From Eledone cirrhosa (Eukaryota): a stretch of 64,000 nucleotides of DNA. The stretch covers positions 337,156,001 to 337,220,000 of the forward strand of contig OZ024740.1 of NCBI GenBank assembly GCA_964016885.1, given 5' to 3'. Positions 1 through 13,075 of the stretch are shown here, one piece after another (position 1 is the stretch's first letter; every line of letters begins with the position of its first letter). The notes beneath the pieces are model-generated. The model did no database searches. It saw only the letters and a program-made list of their open reading frames with translations, and had not been told where the DNA came from. The translations under genes and the position numbers were made by a program.

Positions 1-214
1 GGTAATAACTAAATGTAGTTGATGTATGTATGGCCCCGTAACTCCTGATAGCGTCGTAGGGGTGCCGTATTGATATACAGCATTTTTGGGGCATTTTAAG
101 GCTGGCAGAGTCCACCCCTCTCCAGGCCTGAGTACAGCAGATTTCTTCCAGAGAGGGAGATAGAAATGGAGAGAGAAGAAATGAGAAAAAGATATAGAGG
201 AAGAATCCACCCCA

Positions 215-363
215 GTGCTAGACGGGTACTTTTTTTATTGACCTCGAAAGGATGAAAGGTTAAGTTGACCTTGGTGGGATTTGAACTCAGAGAATAGAGA
301 GTTGGAATGAATACCATAAAGCACTCTATCTGATGTTCTAACAACTCTGCTACTTTACCACCT
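215..363 (-). mobile_element. tRNA-derived SINE, diverged copy (Meta/MESC-like central motif)
   Basis: Matches copies at 42984-43170 and 53900-54085: gtactttt...gacctcgaaaggatgaaagg...gggatttgaactcag (B-box on the - strand). Confidence 0.65.
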
Positions 364-859
364 AAATGTAGTTGATACATACCCAGAATAAGAGTTAGTT
401 GGGGGCTAGGATTAAGGTAATAATAACTAAGTGTACTTGATACATACCCAGATTGATATTAAATAGAATAGGATTGAACTTATACAACAGATTGTATAAG
501 ATAATTGACACAAACACCACATGTGACAATCAGGTATGATTGAGAAATCTATCTATAAATATGTATAACATATTTAATACATACCCTAGGTGGTACTTTT
601 GAAGTAGGCTTTATCATTGTAATCGTGAACCAATTTTTTAAAACACTATTTGTTGAACAATTTTACTGTCATAGAAGTTGGGGATGGTGGGATGACATTG
701 TAGTTACTGATGGTGTTGTTGTTGCTTCTTTTAAGCAAATAATTATTTAACACGACTTAATTAAATAGCAGGTCAACTATATAGCATTATGTATGTATGT
801 ATGTATGTATGTATGTATGTATGTATGAATGTATGTATGTATGTATGAATGTATGTATG

Positions 860-1232
860 AATGTTCTTCTTTTTGGTAAATATCATCTTGGTTAAGAGAG
901 TGGGACTGGCTTTGTGCAGTGCCTTTGCTCACAATAAAAGCTTCACGGCACAAGCATTGTTTTGTATCTGGAGATTTCTCTGCACTTGTCATCACATAGT
1001 ATCATGGGCCCAGCACCATGTGTCAATAATTGTCACAAGTGCAGTGTTTGTACCAGAGTTTTCAAGTCGCTGGCTGGACTCAAAAGTCACACTTGTTCAG
1101 CGCATCGGTGGGGGTTCTCCTACATGGATATAAAGTAGTGGCTGTACTCGAAAACGAGTTGGCAGCCACCATGTATGTATGTATGCATGTATGTCTGTAC
1201 ATATGTATATATGTATGTATGTATGTATGTAT
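860..1232 (+). mobile_element. Non-autonomous (TATG)n-associated retroposon, 5'-truncated copy
   Basis: High similarity to 4150-4460. Ends in the hairpin gtggctgtactcgaaaacgagttggcagccac followed by (TATG)n. Orientation is inferred from the tail. Confidence 0.55.
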
Positions 1233-4015
1233 GTTCTTCTGGTTTTATAATTTCACAAAGTTTTACCAATAGAGAGAGAGTCGGTTTCTAACATAGACAC
1301 AAGACTCTCTCATTGGAATTTACACAACATCAACTAGGTAGATATGTATGTATGCATGTGTAGATATGGATGTTATTGTATGTGTGGATGTGGATGTTTT
1401 GAGTTGTATGTGTGCATGTGTATATGCTTTGTATCTGTACATGTGTATATGCAGTTATTAGATGCAAAATTTTTGGAATGTTTTACATATTTTTACTGTT
1501 TCATTAATGGATTGTACTTGTAATTTCCTAACTAGTTGTGTTCTTTCTGTTCCTGTGAAGTCTAGCTTCTCAAAATTTGTATTGAGGCAGTTACTAACAT
1601 ACCCCAGTGCCCCAATAATCACAGGCATAAATCTGAAGGTGTAATCAGGGTGGAGTATCTGCAGATTTCTCATCAGTTCTGCATAAATATTCTCCTTTTC
1701 ACTAATCTTTGATATTATATTGGCATCTGCTGGGCAGCTAATTTCCACTACTGTGCATGTTTTCTTCTCCCTCTCCCATATCATAATATCTGGTCTGTTA
1801 TGCCTGCATTTTATTGGGGTTTTTACTGGAACATTCTACCAGTACTCTTTCATATTATGTACATGGAAGTCTTCCACATTGTTGTAGCTTTTAATGTGTT
1901 TATTATCGGTGCTATCTTTTTTATGAACTGCATTGTACAGTGTTTTGACCACTACATCATGCCTCATAGGTAGATAGTACAGTGATGACATCTTTGGACA
2001 GCTGCTGATGACATGGGTGATATCCTCGATGTTAGTTCTGCAGAGTCTGCACTTGTTCTCACATCTAGGTGTTTTGCCTGCATCCCTATCTCTTTTGTGA
2101 ATCAGGTATTTCGTGCTAATCTCCTGTTCCTGGATTGCAAAAGTGTATCCTTCAAAGTGAGAGCCAATATAGCGGTTGCTGGTCCAAGATAGACTACTTT
2201 CCTTATCTATATTACTCTCACTCTGGAGCTTCCTGGCAACATATCCATGAATGATTCTTTGCTGATAAGCATGCAGTTTTTCATCCATGGACTCACTGCG
2301 ATACTGCTGAGCAACTTCCCTGGGTGTGAGTTTTTGATTATCACATAGGGAATATCTTTCAAGGAGTTCCTTCCCAACTATCATGATCTTATCTGTTTCG
2401 TGCAGATAGACTTGCCCGAGAGACGGGCTCATACGCTTCGAGGTTCGTAGATGTTGTCGGAGAGATATGATGCAACATTCAAATGTTGTCTGGACTAATG
2501 TTAGGCCTCTGCCTCCCTGCTTATGTTTCAAGTAAAGGCGGTCTGTGTCACTGTTGATGTGGAAGTTTCCGGTGTTGTTCAGTATTTTTCGAGTTCCAAC
2601 ATCAACAGCTGGGATTTCGTCTATCGTCCAATTGAGTATTCGAAACGTTGGTGTTAGGACAGGCACAGCAAACACATTGTGAGCCACTGTTTTGTTTTGC
2701 ACAGAGAGTTCCGATAACCAGATCTTTCTTAATCGGGTGTAGTATTCCCTGGTTATGCGTTCTTTATTACAGATACCATTATAGGATATGTTCTCATCTA
2801 TCCCCAGGTATCTGTAGCAGTCCTCATCAGATATCGGTGAAACAGTTAGGCCATTGATGACAATGTTGCTAGATTGGGTTGTTGTTTTTCCCCGCTTTAC
2901 AGTCATGTATGAGCATTTATCTTGGCCAAACACCATTCCTATATCCTTTGAGAACGTTGTAACCAGGTCAAGATTTTTCTTCATCCCATCCATGTTCTTG
3001 GCATAAAGTTTCAGATCGTCCACAAAGAAATTATGGGTTAGGTTCGTATTTCTGTCCTCCTGTGAGCCAATGATGTATCCCTCACATTTCTTGAGCAGAA
3101 AGGACAAGGGGTTTAATGACAAGATGAATAATATCACAGAGAGACTGTTCCCTTGAAATATACCCCTGCAATATTTTATTTTATCAGTGAAAATAGAGTC
3201 CTCCCTCTCTGTCTTTAACCTTAGGATAGTAGCCCAAGAAGAAGACAGCCTCTCTATGGCTCTGACAATAATGTCTGGGACTTTAGCAAGTTGGAGGGCC
3301 TCTATCATCCAAGAGTGGGGAACAGAATTGAAAGCTTTCCTGTAGTCCAGCCAGACTGTAGTCATATTCCTCCTAAGTTGTCACACCTCCGACATTGCAG
3401 TTTTGTTGATTAGGAGTTGTTCAGCACATCCCCAAACCCCTTTCTTTCCAGCTGCTTGTTCATCTGTGATGATGTTATTATTTTCACAGTGATCTTGGAG
3501 GAATAGGTTCAGGCAGGCTGTATACATCTTATACATCAGGTTCTGGCATGCAATGGGTCGGTAGTTTTTTGCCAAGTGGGTGTCTTTGTTCTTGGGGACC
3601 AGTAATGTTTGTGCTAATGTCAACCATTCTGGTATAAGTGTATCTCCCTTAAGAACTTGTTGGTAGAGGTCAGTAAGATACCTCCAATAGAATATCAGTT
3701 TTTTGTACCAGTAGCTGATAATCATGTCTCTTCCTGGTGTTTTCTTATCTTGGAGTTTTCCTATCACAGTCTCAAGGGTACCCTCACTTATTTTGTATGT
3801 TTTTGTTGTAGTGTAGGAGCAATAGTTCTTTCGGATTTCTCTTAGCCACACTGCATCTTGGTTGAAATTCTTCTTTTCAGCCCATATTTTTCTCCAAAAG
3901 GAATCTGTCTTTCTGGGATGGGGCCTCAGTCACACTTATTATTTTGCTCTTCATATTTCTATAGACTGATGTTTGGTTTCGTCTGAATGTTTGGTTTTGT
4001 CTGAATCTTTTATAT
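1233..4015 (-). mobile_element. R4/Dong-like RLE non-LTR retrotransposon, 5'-truncated
   Basis: RT, CCHC knuckle and restriction-like endonuclease lie in one frame. 3' UTR is 1233-1457. (TATG)n flanks both sides. Confidence 0.85.
1458..3851 (-). pseudogene. RT + zinc knuckle + RLE ORF of the R4/Dong-like element, with two in-frame stops
   Basis: ORFs 3381-3851, 1836-3365 and 1458-1784 share one frame, separated by stops at 3381-3383 and 1836-1838. Motifs: NYRPIAC, DYRKAFNSVPH, IFQGNSLS, FFVDDLK, YRYLG, CRLC..EDITHVISSC, RHD, RPDI..VEISCP. Confidence 0.9.
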
Positions 4016-4052
4016 GGACGTATGTATGTATACATGTACGTATATGTGTATC

Positions 4053-4580
4053 GGGAGAGATGACCCCTTAGCCTTTGTCAAGGCAGAATTCTAGGAGAAG
4101 GAAAACTCTAATATAACACCTGCAACCCTGATGGTATCCAATGATGTTGACTTGTTCTTCTTTTTGGTAAATATCATCTTGGTTAAGAGAGTGGGACTGG
4201 CTTTGTGCAGTGCCTTTGCTCACTATAAAAGCTTCACGGAACAGGCATTGCTTCATATCTGGAGATCTCTCTGCACTTGTCGTCACATGGTACCATGGGC
4301 CAAGCACTATGTGTCAATAATTGTCACAAGTGTAGTGTTTGTACCAAAGTTTTCAAGTCGCTGGCCGGACTGAAAAGTCACACTCGTTCAGCGCATCGGT
4401 AGGGATTCTCCTACATGGATATAAAGTAGTGGCCGTACTCGAAAACGAGTTGGCAGCCACCATATGTGTATGTATGTATGCATGTACGAACGTATGTATG
4501 TATGTATGTATGTATGTATGTATGTATGTATGTATGTATGTATGTATGTACGTATGTATGTATGAATGTATGTATGTATG
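4053..4580 (+). mobile_element. Non-autonomous retroposon with 3' hairpin and (TATG)n tail
   Basis: Head gggag...ctaggagaaggaaaactc, 3' hairpin gtggccgtactcgaaaacgagttggcagccac, then (TATG)n. Relatives at 860, 4602, 54090 and 54443. Confidence 0.6.
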
Positions 4581-4601
4581 TAACATACATAAGAAACCAT
4601 T

Positions 4602-4910
4602 GGGAGTGAAGGACCCCTAGCCTTGCTCAGGGCATTCTTCTAGGAGAAGGCAACTCAGGAAACTGGAATAACTCCAATATAAACCTGCGGCTCAGTAGTT
4701 CCCGATGATGTTGATCTTTTCTTCTTTTAGGGTTATAGCTACTGTCGTTCAGAGAGTGGGATTGGCTCAGTGCACAGTCTTTCGTCACTTTAAAAAATAT
4801 CTTCACGCACAGGCATTGCACGATAGAATTAATTAATTATTATTAATAATGGTAAATCGTGCAATGGCCATACTCGATAACGAGGGGGAAGCCATCATGT
4901 ATGTATGTAT
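4602..4910 (+). mobile_element. Related head fragment plus short hairpin-(TATG)n terminus
   Basis: gggagtgaaggacccctagcc...ctaggagaagg...gagagtgggattggc. The terminus gtgcaatggccatactcgataacgaggggg..gccatcatgtatg also occurs at 53770 and 54815. Confidence 0.5.
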
Positions 4911-5193
4911 AGACAAGGGTCATTCATGTAGAAGGCTATATGTGGTGTGTGTGTGTAAGATGTGTGTAAGATGTCTGATAGTGTATGGTAGTGAAACATT
5001 GGCAGTGAATGTAGAGAACTCTGTGTAGTATGAGTTTAACCCTTTAGCATTTAAACCAGCCGTATCCGGCCAGAATTCTCTCACCTCTTTCTGTTCAAAC
5101 TGGCCATAACCAGCCACTCATACCGATGTTAAGGTATTGTTCTCAAAGTAAATAATATCAAAATCTCATAGATTCGATATTATGTGACATTAT

Positions 5194-5420
5194 TAACCCT
5201 TTAGCGTTCACATTACTCTATACATACTATTGTATTTTCATGGTAAAGACTTTATCTCACATAATTATCTCACATAATAACGAATCTATGAGATTTTGAA
5301 AGTATTTATTTTGAGAACAATACCTTAACATCAGTTTGAGTGACCAGTTACAGCCAGTTTCAACAGAAAGAGGTAAAGAATTCTGGCCGGTTTTGGCCGG
5401 TTTTAACATTAAAGGGATAA
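5194..5420. mobile_element. Nested inverted copy of the same piggyBac-type MITE family
   Basis: ttaaccctttagcgttcacattactcta ... aacattaaagggataa. Reverse-similar to 15079-15306. Confidence 0.65.
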
Positions 5421-5930
5421 ATAGCGTTACAAATGGGAGTGAAAATATAAACACATATGATATAAACAAAGCATATAAATAAATTTACAGTAGAATAACA
5501 TAACAAACATGTTTTAAATATATATTTAAACAACATTACAAATGCTTAGATAACATTATAAATTGCTCGCGATTCTTTTAGAAGGATATATTCTTTTAAT
5601 GTTACAATATTAAAGAAAATGTAAAGGAAGGGGTGAACAACCGAGCCAACACCAGAGCAAAAGACAACAGCGCCGCGAGGAGTACTGCGAGTACTCTAAT
5701 GATTTTTGAGGCAAGCCAGCACACTCGCAGCGTTGCCTCGTGTGATGGCCAGGCTAATGCACTGGAACAACCAAGCGCCCTCACGAGATTCGCCAATTAC
5801 CTCTGTTAGGCGAGCTGCCAGTGAAGAGAGGAACCTCACAGTCAGTGGCCCGACTTCCCCAAACGTCTCGAAAGCCACAGGCTGAAAAATCTAGCTGGCC
5901 GACAGATCACAGTACTTGAGGGTCTTACTC
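5421..5930 (-). mobile_element. CRE-like RLE retrotransposon 3' fragment
   Basis: AFETFGEVGP..FLSSLAARL..GESREGAWLFQCISLAITRGNAASVL resembles the CRE-clade C-terminus. A second copy lies at 12690-13075. Confidence 0.7.
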
Positions 5931-6009
5931 TGTGAGATAAAGCCTTTACTGTGAAAATATAATAGTAAATATAGAGTAATGTAAATGCTAAAGGGTTAAG
6001 ATGTTTGAT

Positions 6010-9000
6010 GGTGTATGGTAGTGAAGCATGGATGGTGAATGTAGAGGATTACATGTGGTATGTGTGGAAAATCTGTGGCAGGGTATAGTAGTGAAATATG
6101 TACAGTGAATGTAGAGGATTACATGTGGTATGTGTGGAAGATGTGTGGCAATGTATAGTAGAGAAATATGTACAGTGAATGTAGAGGATTGCATGTGGTA
6201 TGTATGGAAGATGTGTGGCAGTGTATAGTAGTGAAATATGTACAGTGAATGTAGAGGATTACATGTGGTATGTGTGGAAGATGTGTGGCAATGTATAGTA
6301 GTGAAATATGTACAGTGAATGTAGAGGATTACATGTGGTATGTGTGGAAGATGTGTGACAATGTATAGTAGTGAAATATGTACAGTGAATGTAGAGGATT
6401 ACATGTGGTATGTGTGGAAGATGTGTGGCAATGTATAGTAGTGAAATATGTACAGTGAATGTAGAGGATTACATGTGGTATGTGTGGAAAATGTGTGGCA
6501 ATGTATAGTAGTGAAATATGTACAGTGAATGTAGAGGATTACATGTGGTATGTGTGGAAGATGTGTGGCAATGTATAGTAGTGAAATATGTACAGTGAAT
6601 GTAGAGGATTACATGTGGTATGTGTGGAAGATGTGTGGCAATGTATAGTAGTGAAATATGTTCAGTGAATGTAGAGGATTACATGTGGTATGTGTGGAAG
6701 ATGTGTGGCAATGTATAGTAGTGAAATATGTACAGTGAATGTAGAGGATTACATGTGGTATGTGTGGAAAATGTGTGGCAATGTATAGTAGTGAAATATG
6801 TACAGTGAATGTAGAGGATTACATGTGGTATGTGTGGAAGATGTGTGGCAATGTATAGTAGTGAAATATGTACAGTGAATGTAGAGGATTACATGTGGTA
6901 TGTGTGGAAGATGTGTGGCAATGTATAGTAGTGAAATATGTACAGTGAATGTAGAGAATTACATGTGGTATGTGTGGAAGATGTGTGGCAATGTATAGTA
7001 GTGAAATATGTACAGTGAATGTAGAGAATTACATGTGGTATGTGTGGAAGATGTGTGGCAATGTATAGTAGTGAAATATGTACAGTGAATGTAGAGAATT
7101 ACATGTGGTATGTGTGGAAGATGTGTGGCAATGTATAGTAGTGAAATATGTACAGTGAATGTAGAGGATTACATGTGATATGTGTGGAAAATGTGTGGCA
7201 ATGTATAGTAGTGAAATATGTACAGTGAATGTAGAGGATTACATGTGGTATGTGTGGAAGATGTGTGGCAATGTATAGTAGTGAAATATGTACAGTGAAT
7301 GTAGAGGATTACATGTGGTATGTGTGGAAGATATGTGGCAATGTATAGTAGTGAAATATGTACAGTGAATGTAGAGAATTACATGTGGTATGTGTGGAAG
7401 ATGTGTGGCAATGTATAGTAGTGAAATATGTACAGTGAATGTAGAGGATTACATGTGGTATGTGTGGAAGATGTGTGGCAGGGTATAGGAGTGAAATATG
7501 TACAGTGAATGTAGAGGATTGCATGTGGTATGTGTGGAAGATGTGTGGCAGGGTATAGTAGTGAAATATGTACAGTGAATGTAGAGGATTACATGTGGTA
7601 TGTGTGGAAGATGTGTGGCAATGTATAGTAGTGAAATATGTACAGTGAATGTAGAGGATTACATGTGGTATGTGTGGAAGATGTGTGGCAGGGTATAGTA
7701 GTGAAATATGTACAGTGAATGTAGAGGATTGCATGTGGTATGTGTGGAAGATGTGTGGCAGGGTATAGGAGTGAAATATGTACAGTGAATGTAGAGGATT
7801 ACATGTGGTATGTGTGGAAGATGTGTGGCAATGTATAGTAGTGAAATATGTACAGTAAATGTAGAGGATTACATGTGGTATGTGTGGAAGATGTGTGGCA
7901 GGGTATAGTAGTGAAATATGTACAGTGAATGTAGAGGATTGCATGTGGTATGTGTGGAAGATGTGTGGCAGGGTATAGTAGTGAAATATGTACAGTGAAT
8001 GTAGAGGATTACATGTGGTATGTGTGGAAGATGTGTGGCAGGGTATATACAGTGAATGTAGAGGATTACATGTGGTATGTGTGGAAGATGTGTGGCAATG
8101 TATAGTAGTGAAATATGTACAGTGAATGTAGAGGATTACATGTGGTATGTGTGGAAGATGTGTGGCAATGTATAGTAGTGAAATATGTACAGTGAATGTA
8201 GAGGATTACATGTGGTATGTGTGGAAGATGTGTGGCAGGGTATAGTAGTGAAATATGTACAGTGAATGTAGAGGATTGCATGTGGTATGTGTGGAAGATG
8301 TGTGGCAGGGTATAGTAGTGAAATATGTACAGTGAATGTAGAGGATTACATGTGGTATGTGTGGAAGATGTGTGGCAGGGTATATACAGTGAATGTAGAG
8401 GATTACATGTGGTATGTGTGGAAGATGTGTGGCAATGTATAGTAGTGAAATATGTACAGTGAATGTAGAGGATTACATGTGGTATGTGTGGAAGATGTGT
8501 GGCAATGTATAGTAGTGAAATATGTACAGTGAATGTAGAGGATTACATGTGGTATGTGTGGAAGATGTGTGGCAATGTATAGTAGTGAAATATGTACAGT
8601 GAATGTAGAGGATTACATGTGGTATGTGTGGAAGATGTGTGGCAGAGTATAGTAGTGAAATATGTACAGTGAATGTAGAGGATTACATGTGGTATGTGTG
8701 GAAGATGTGTGGCAATGTATAGTAGTGAAATATGTACAGTGAATGTAGAGGATTGCATGTGGTATGTGTGGAAGATGTGTGGCAATGTATAGTAGTGAAA
8801 TATGTACAGTGAATGTAGAGAATTACATGTGGTATGTGTGGAAGATGTGTGGCAATGTATAGTAGTGAAATATGTACAGTGAATGTAGAGGATTACATGT
8901 GGTATGTGTGGAAGATGTGTGGCAATGTATAGTAGTGAAATATGTACAGTGAATGTAGAGAATTACATGTGGTATGTGTGGAAGATGTGTGGCAATGTAT

Positions 9001-9660
9001 AGTAGTGAAATATGTACAGTGAATGTAGAGGATTGCATGTGGTATGTGTGGAAGATGTGTGGCAATGTATAGTAGTGAAATATGTACAGTGAATGTAGAG
9101 AATTACATGTGGTATGTGTGGAAGATGTGTGGCAATGTATAGAAGATGTGTGGCAATGTATAGTAGTGAAATATGTACAGTGAATGTAGAGAATTACATG
9201 TGGTATGTGTGGAAGATGTGTGGCAATGTATAGTAGTGAAATATGTACAGTGAATGTAGAGGATTGCATGTGGTATGTGTGGAAGATGTGTGGCAATGTA
9301 TAGTAGTGAAATATGTACAGTGAATGTAGAGAATTACATGTGGTATGTGTGGAAGATGTGTGGCAATGTATAGTAGTGAAATATGTACAGTGAATGTAGA
9401 GAATTACATGTGGTATGTGTGGAAGATGTGTGGCAATGTATAGAAGATGTGTGGCAATGTATAGTAGTGAAATATGTACAGTGAATGTAGAGAATTACAT
9501 GTGGTATGTGTGGAAGATGTGTGGCAATGTATAGAAGATGTGTGGCAATGTATAGTAGTGAAATATGTACAGTGAATGTAGAGAATTACATGTGGTATGT
9601 GTGGAAGATATGTGGCAATGTATAGTAGTGAAATATGTACAGTGAATGTAGAGGATTGCA
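6010..9660. repeat. 70-bp minisatellite array (~52 units)
   Basis: Unit atgtggtatgtgtggaagatgtgtggcaatgtatagtagtgaaatatgtacagtgaatgtagaggattac. Confidence 0.97.
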
Positions 9661-10307
9661 TATAGCTTTATAAGGCGTATTATAGTGCATGGCATTGAAA
9701 TTTGGACAGTGAATGTAGAAGACTAATGAATATTTCATGGCATCTCATTGACTCACACATAGATCCATAAATTTACAGTCTGCTCTTGTCAACAAACATC
9801 TAAAACCAAACAGGTGGCATCAACAGAAATGCCTACATCATCACCTGTAGGGTAAATCAGTTGCCATAACAAATGTTCATCCAGTCAGATACACTTAGCA
9901 TCAACAAATATGTCTATATATTCACCTTTTAGACTAATCAGTCACTGCAGTTTACCTATTTCATCAAAAGAAATACCTCTGTCATCACCTTTTGTTCCAA
10001 TCAACTGATCTAATAGCCCAGTTATCCACCCATATGTACTGGTATCAACAGATGTGCCAACATCATCATTTTCCAAACTAATCAGCCAGTACATCTACTT
10101 CATCAACAAGCAGGCTCATGTCATCATTTACTTAAATAATCAGCAACTCAACCCTGTGCTATATTGTTTTTTATTTTAACAATAAGGTCAACAATTTGAG
10201 GGGAAGACGAAGTTGATTAAATTGACGCCAGTACTTGATGGCTACTTTATTTTATCAACTCAGGAAGGATGAAAAGCAGTTTAACCCTTTAGCATTTACA
10301 TTACTCT

Positions 10308-10308
<1 letters not shown>

Positions 10309-10342
<34 letters not shown>

Positions 10343-10658
10343 TTTACGTCCGCTTTTCCCTGCTTGCAAGGGTGGGACGGGAACTGATTCTGGCTTGATT
10401 TCTACAGCTGGATGCCCTTCCTAACACCAACCTCATTTACAGTGAGTGTTGGGTGCTTTTTTGCTGTGGCACCTCCACGATCACTTTACAGTGGAATGAT
10501 ATGGACCCCAGTCCCATTCACCTCATTTCTACAGCTGAGTAAACTGGAGCAATGTGAAATAAAGTGTCTTCCTCAAGGAAACAACACATCACCCGGTCGG
10601 AGAATTGAACTCACAACCTTTCGATTGCAAGCCCAATGCTCTAACCACTAAGCCATGT
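10309..10658 (-). mobile_element. tRNA-headed SINE with RTE-type 3' end and (TGA)n tail
   Basis: Reverse complement of the copies at 37577 and 48065. Inserted within a piggyBac-type MITE remnant starting at 10281. Confidence 0.85.
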
Positions 10659-11072
10659 AAACACTTTATCTTACATAATATTGAATCTACGAGAATTTGA
10701 TATTACGTCAAATTGTTTAGCAATCGTTGGAAGAAATGCATGTTAATCCTTGTCCAGAAATTTGCGAATTTTGTCGACCAGCTTTGGCATTCTGATGTCC
10801 TTCTCCCTGCCACACTTCTCATTATCCCTCACCTGCTCCCAGATTTCATCTCTAATTTCTGCTGTTGACATCATTATTATGTTACTCGTGTCTCAATAAC
10901 ATTTATATACTATGCTGCTAAAGATATATAGTGCATTATCAATAATACAGGGAAAAACCACCAGTGTATGGAATCTATACCCTATGAAAGGCAGACTATA
11001 GACACGATAATTAAAAATATAAATTAAAGCGTAAATAAATACCTCTATAACTATATAACACAAGTACAAATT

Positions 11073-11135
11073 CAAAGATATGTTTCACCAAAAATTTGTT
11101 GAAAGAAATGGTCTAGTCTCGGTTCATCAGCGTGT
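11073..11135 (-). ncRNA. Decayed type I hammerhead-like motif (PLE terminus relic)
   Basis: - strand: CTGATGA-accgaga..ttttggt-GAAA-cata-TC. Stems I and III are imperfect. Confidence 0.4.
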
Positions 11136-11185
11136 GCACATTATTTACAGGGAATAGCGAGGGCCTATGCCTCCGTTAATTTATC

Positions 11186-11234
<49 letters not shown>

Positions 11235-11803
11235 TTTATCCCCGGTTCAATCGGGAGTAAACACAGTAGGTAAGGTACTCAATACAAAGCAGAGTATAAA
11301 TATTTAATGAAACAGTTCTAGTCCTGTAGAAGCCTTTCTATATTATATACTAGCAGAGGTACCTGGCGTTGCTCGGGTATTAAATACCAGTTATGTATAC
11401 CATTTATGTCAATACTTCAGTGCTGCTTCGAAAACTATACTTTTACAAAATCATTGGCTTTTTCCAAAAGGGGGTTGCTGCCCCCAGGGGTCCCCTACCC
11501 AATATGTGCCAATTCTGAGAGTTAACATATATCTGTAGGACAAACGTAGCCCATGTGTCAAGTTTTGTGAAAATCGGTTGCGAACTCCAGAAGTTATGAC
11601 GTTTTGTTGCATTGCACTGCAGTGCTTCAGTCGACTCCAAGGAAGTGGTTAAAGTGGTTAAAGGGGTTATCTGCCGGGGGGCCCTATAATCAATATCTGG
11701 AAAAATGACAGTGCCCATGACCATCCGGAGTACATAAGTAACCTATGTCTTAAGTTTGGCGAAAATACTGTAGAAATGCATAAGGTTTACACACACACAC
11801 ACG

Positions 11804-11882
<79 letters not shown>

Positions 11883-11972
11883 ATATGTATATGTATGTGT
11901 ATGTCCGTCGGCGCATACGTATGTACAGGCCTAAATCTTCACTATTTACTTTTACTATTTTAAGGCAAAGTT

Positions 11973-12085
11973 AAAATCCCGTCAAGGTTAACTTTGCCTT
12001 TCATCCTTACGGGGTCGATAAAATAAAGTACCAGTAATGTACTGGGTAATTTGCAGGCCTTGTGCCAAAAGTAGAAACAACTATT
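11973..12085 (+). mobile_element. Meta/MESC-like SINE fragment
   Basis: aaatcccgtcaaggttaactttgcctttcatccttacggggtcgataaaataaagtaccag. Confidence 0.7.
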
Positions 12086-12689
12086 TTAATAACCTCTGTC
12101 ATTTTCGTTTACAATTTTATTTACATCATTCTTAAACTCCGGGGCTGGAAATCATTCGGTTATTTTAAATAGAATATTAGTCTAACGACTCCATTTACAC
12201 CATAAACTTGGTCTTGTCTTTGCATGAAATTGTTCTTTTCGGTCCCCATAACGACGTATTATCCTCGCTTTTTCCCGTTCATTACAAGGGAACGTCTTCA
12301 CGAACCAAAATATCGTCTTCCTGTTTACGTTCGGTTGCAATGTTTCTCTAAATATTTAATTCTGCGTTCACAGATTGAATTTTTTAGTTTCAGAAGATCC
12401 CGTTAATGTTGAAAGCAGCAATTCTTTGCTTAAACTTTCTTTCTTTCTCAACCCCTCTCCTTTTTTATCATACCCCATCTCTCTCTCTCACTCAGACCCC
12501 CTCTCTCTCTCTGTCTCTCTATCTGATTATCTTGTACCTCTCTCTGTATAACGACCTATCCCACTCTCTCTCTCTCTACATCTCCCTTTCTCTCTTTAGA
12601 TGTATATGTATATGTGTGTGTGATATATATATATAGAGAGAGTTGCAACATGTATGTAGTTTCATAGATTTTTGAGGGTAGTAGTGTAT

Positions 12690-13075
12690 TCAAATAGGCT
12701 TGTTTTCAAGTAAAAATATTTTATTCATAGTTGCACAAACAACATTACAAATCGTTTGCAATTCCTTCAGAATGAAAATATAAAGAGAGCATATAAATAA
12801 ATTTACAGTAGAATAACATAACAAATATGTTTTAAATATATACATAAATAACATTACAAATGCCTCGGTAACACTACAAAGAATGATACAATGAAATATA
12901 TATTCCTTCAATGCTACAATATTAAAGAAAATGTAAAGGAAGGGGTGAACAACGGAGCCAATACCAGAGCAAAAGACAGCAACGTCGCGAGTACTGGGTA
13001 ACCTCTCTAATGATTTTTGAGGCAAGCCAGCACACTCGCAGCGTTGCTTCGGGTGATGGCAAGGCTGATGCGCTG
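12690..13075 (-). mobile_element. CRE-like retroelement 3' fragment
   Basis: Similar to 5460-5765. Confidence 0.65.

Larger units (their letters stand above)
5040..5995. mobile_element. piggyBac-type MITE carrying nested insertions
   Basis: TTAA-CCCTTTAGCATTTA ... TAAATGCTAAAGGG-TTAA (TTAA at 5036-5039 and 5996-5999). An uninterrupted copy lies at 15079-15306. Confidence 0.8.

Noticed and set aside
5988-9695. His/Thr-rich ORFs on the - strand
   Set aside because: Translations of a 70-bp (non-triplet) minisatellite.
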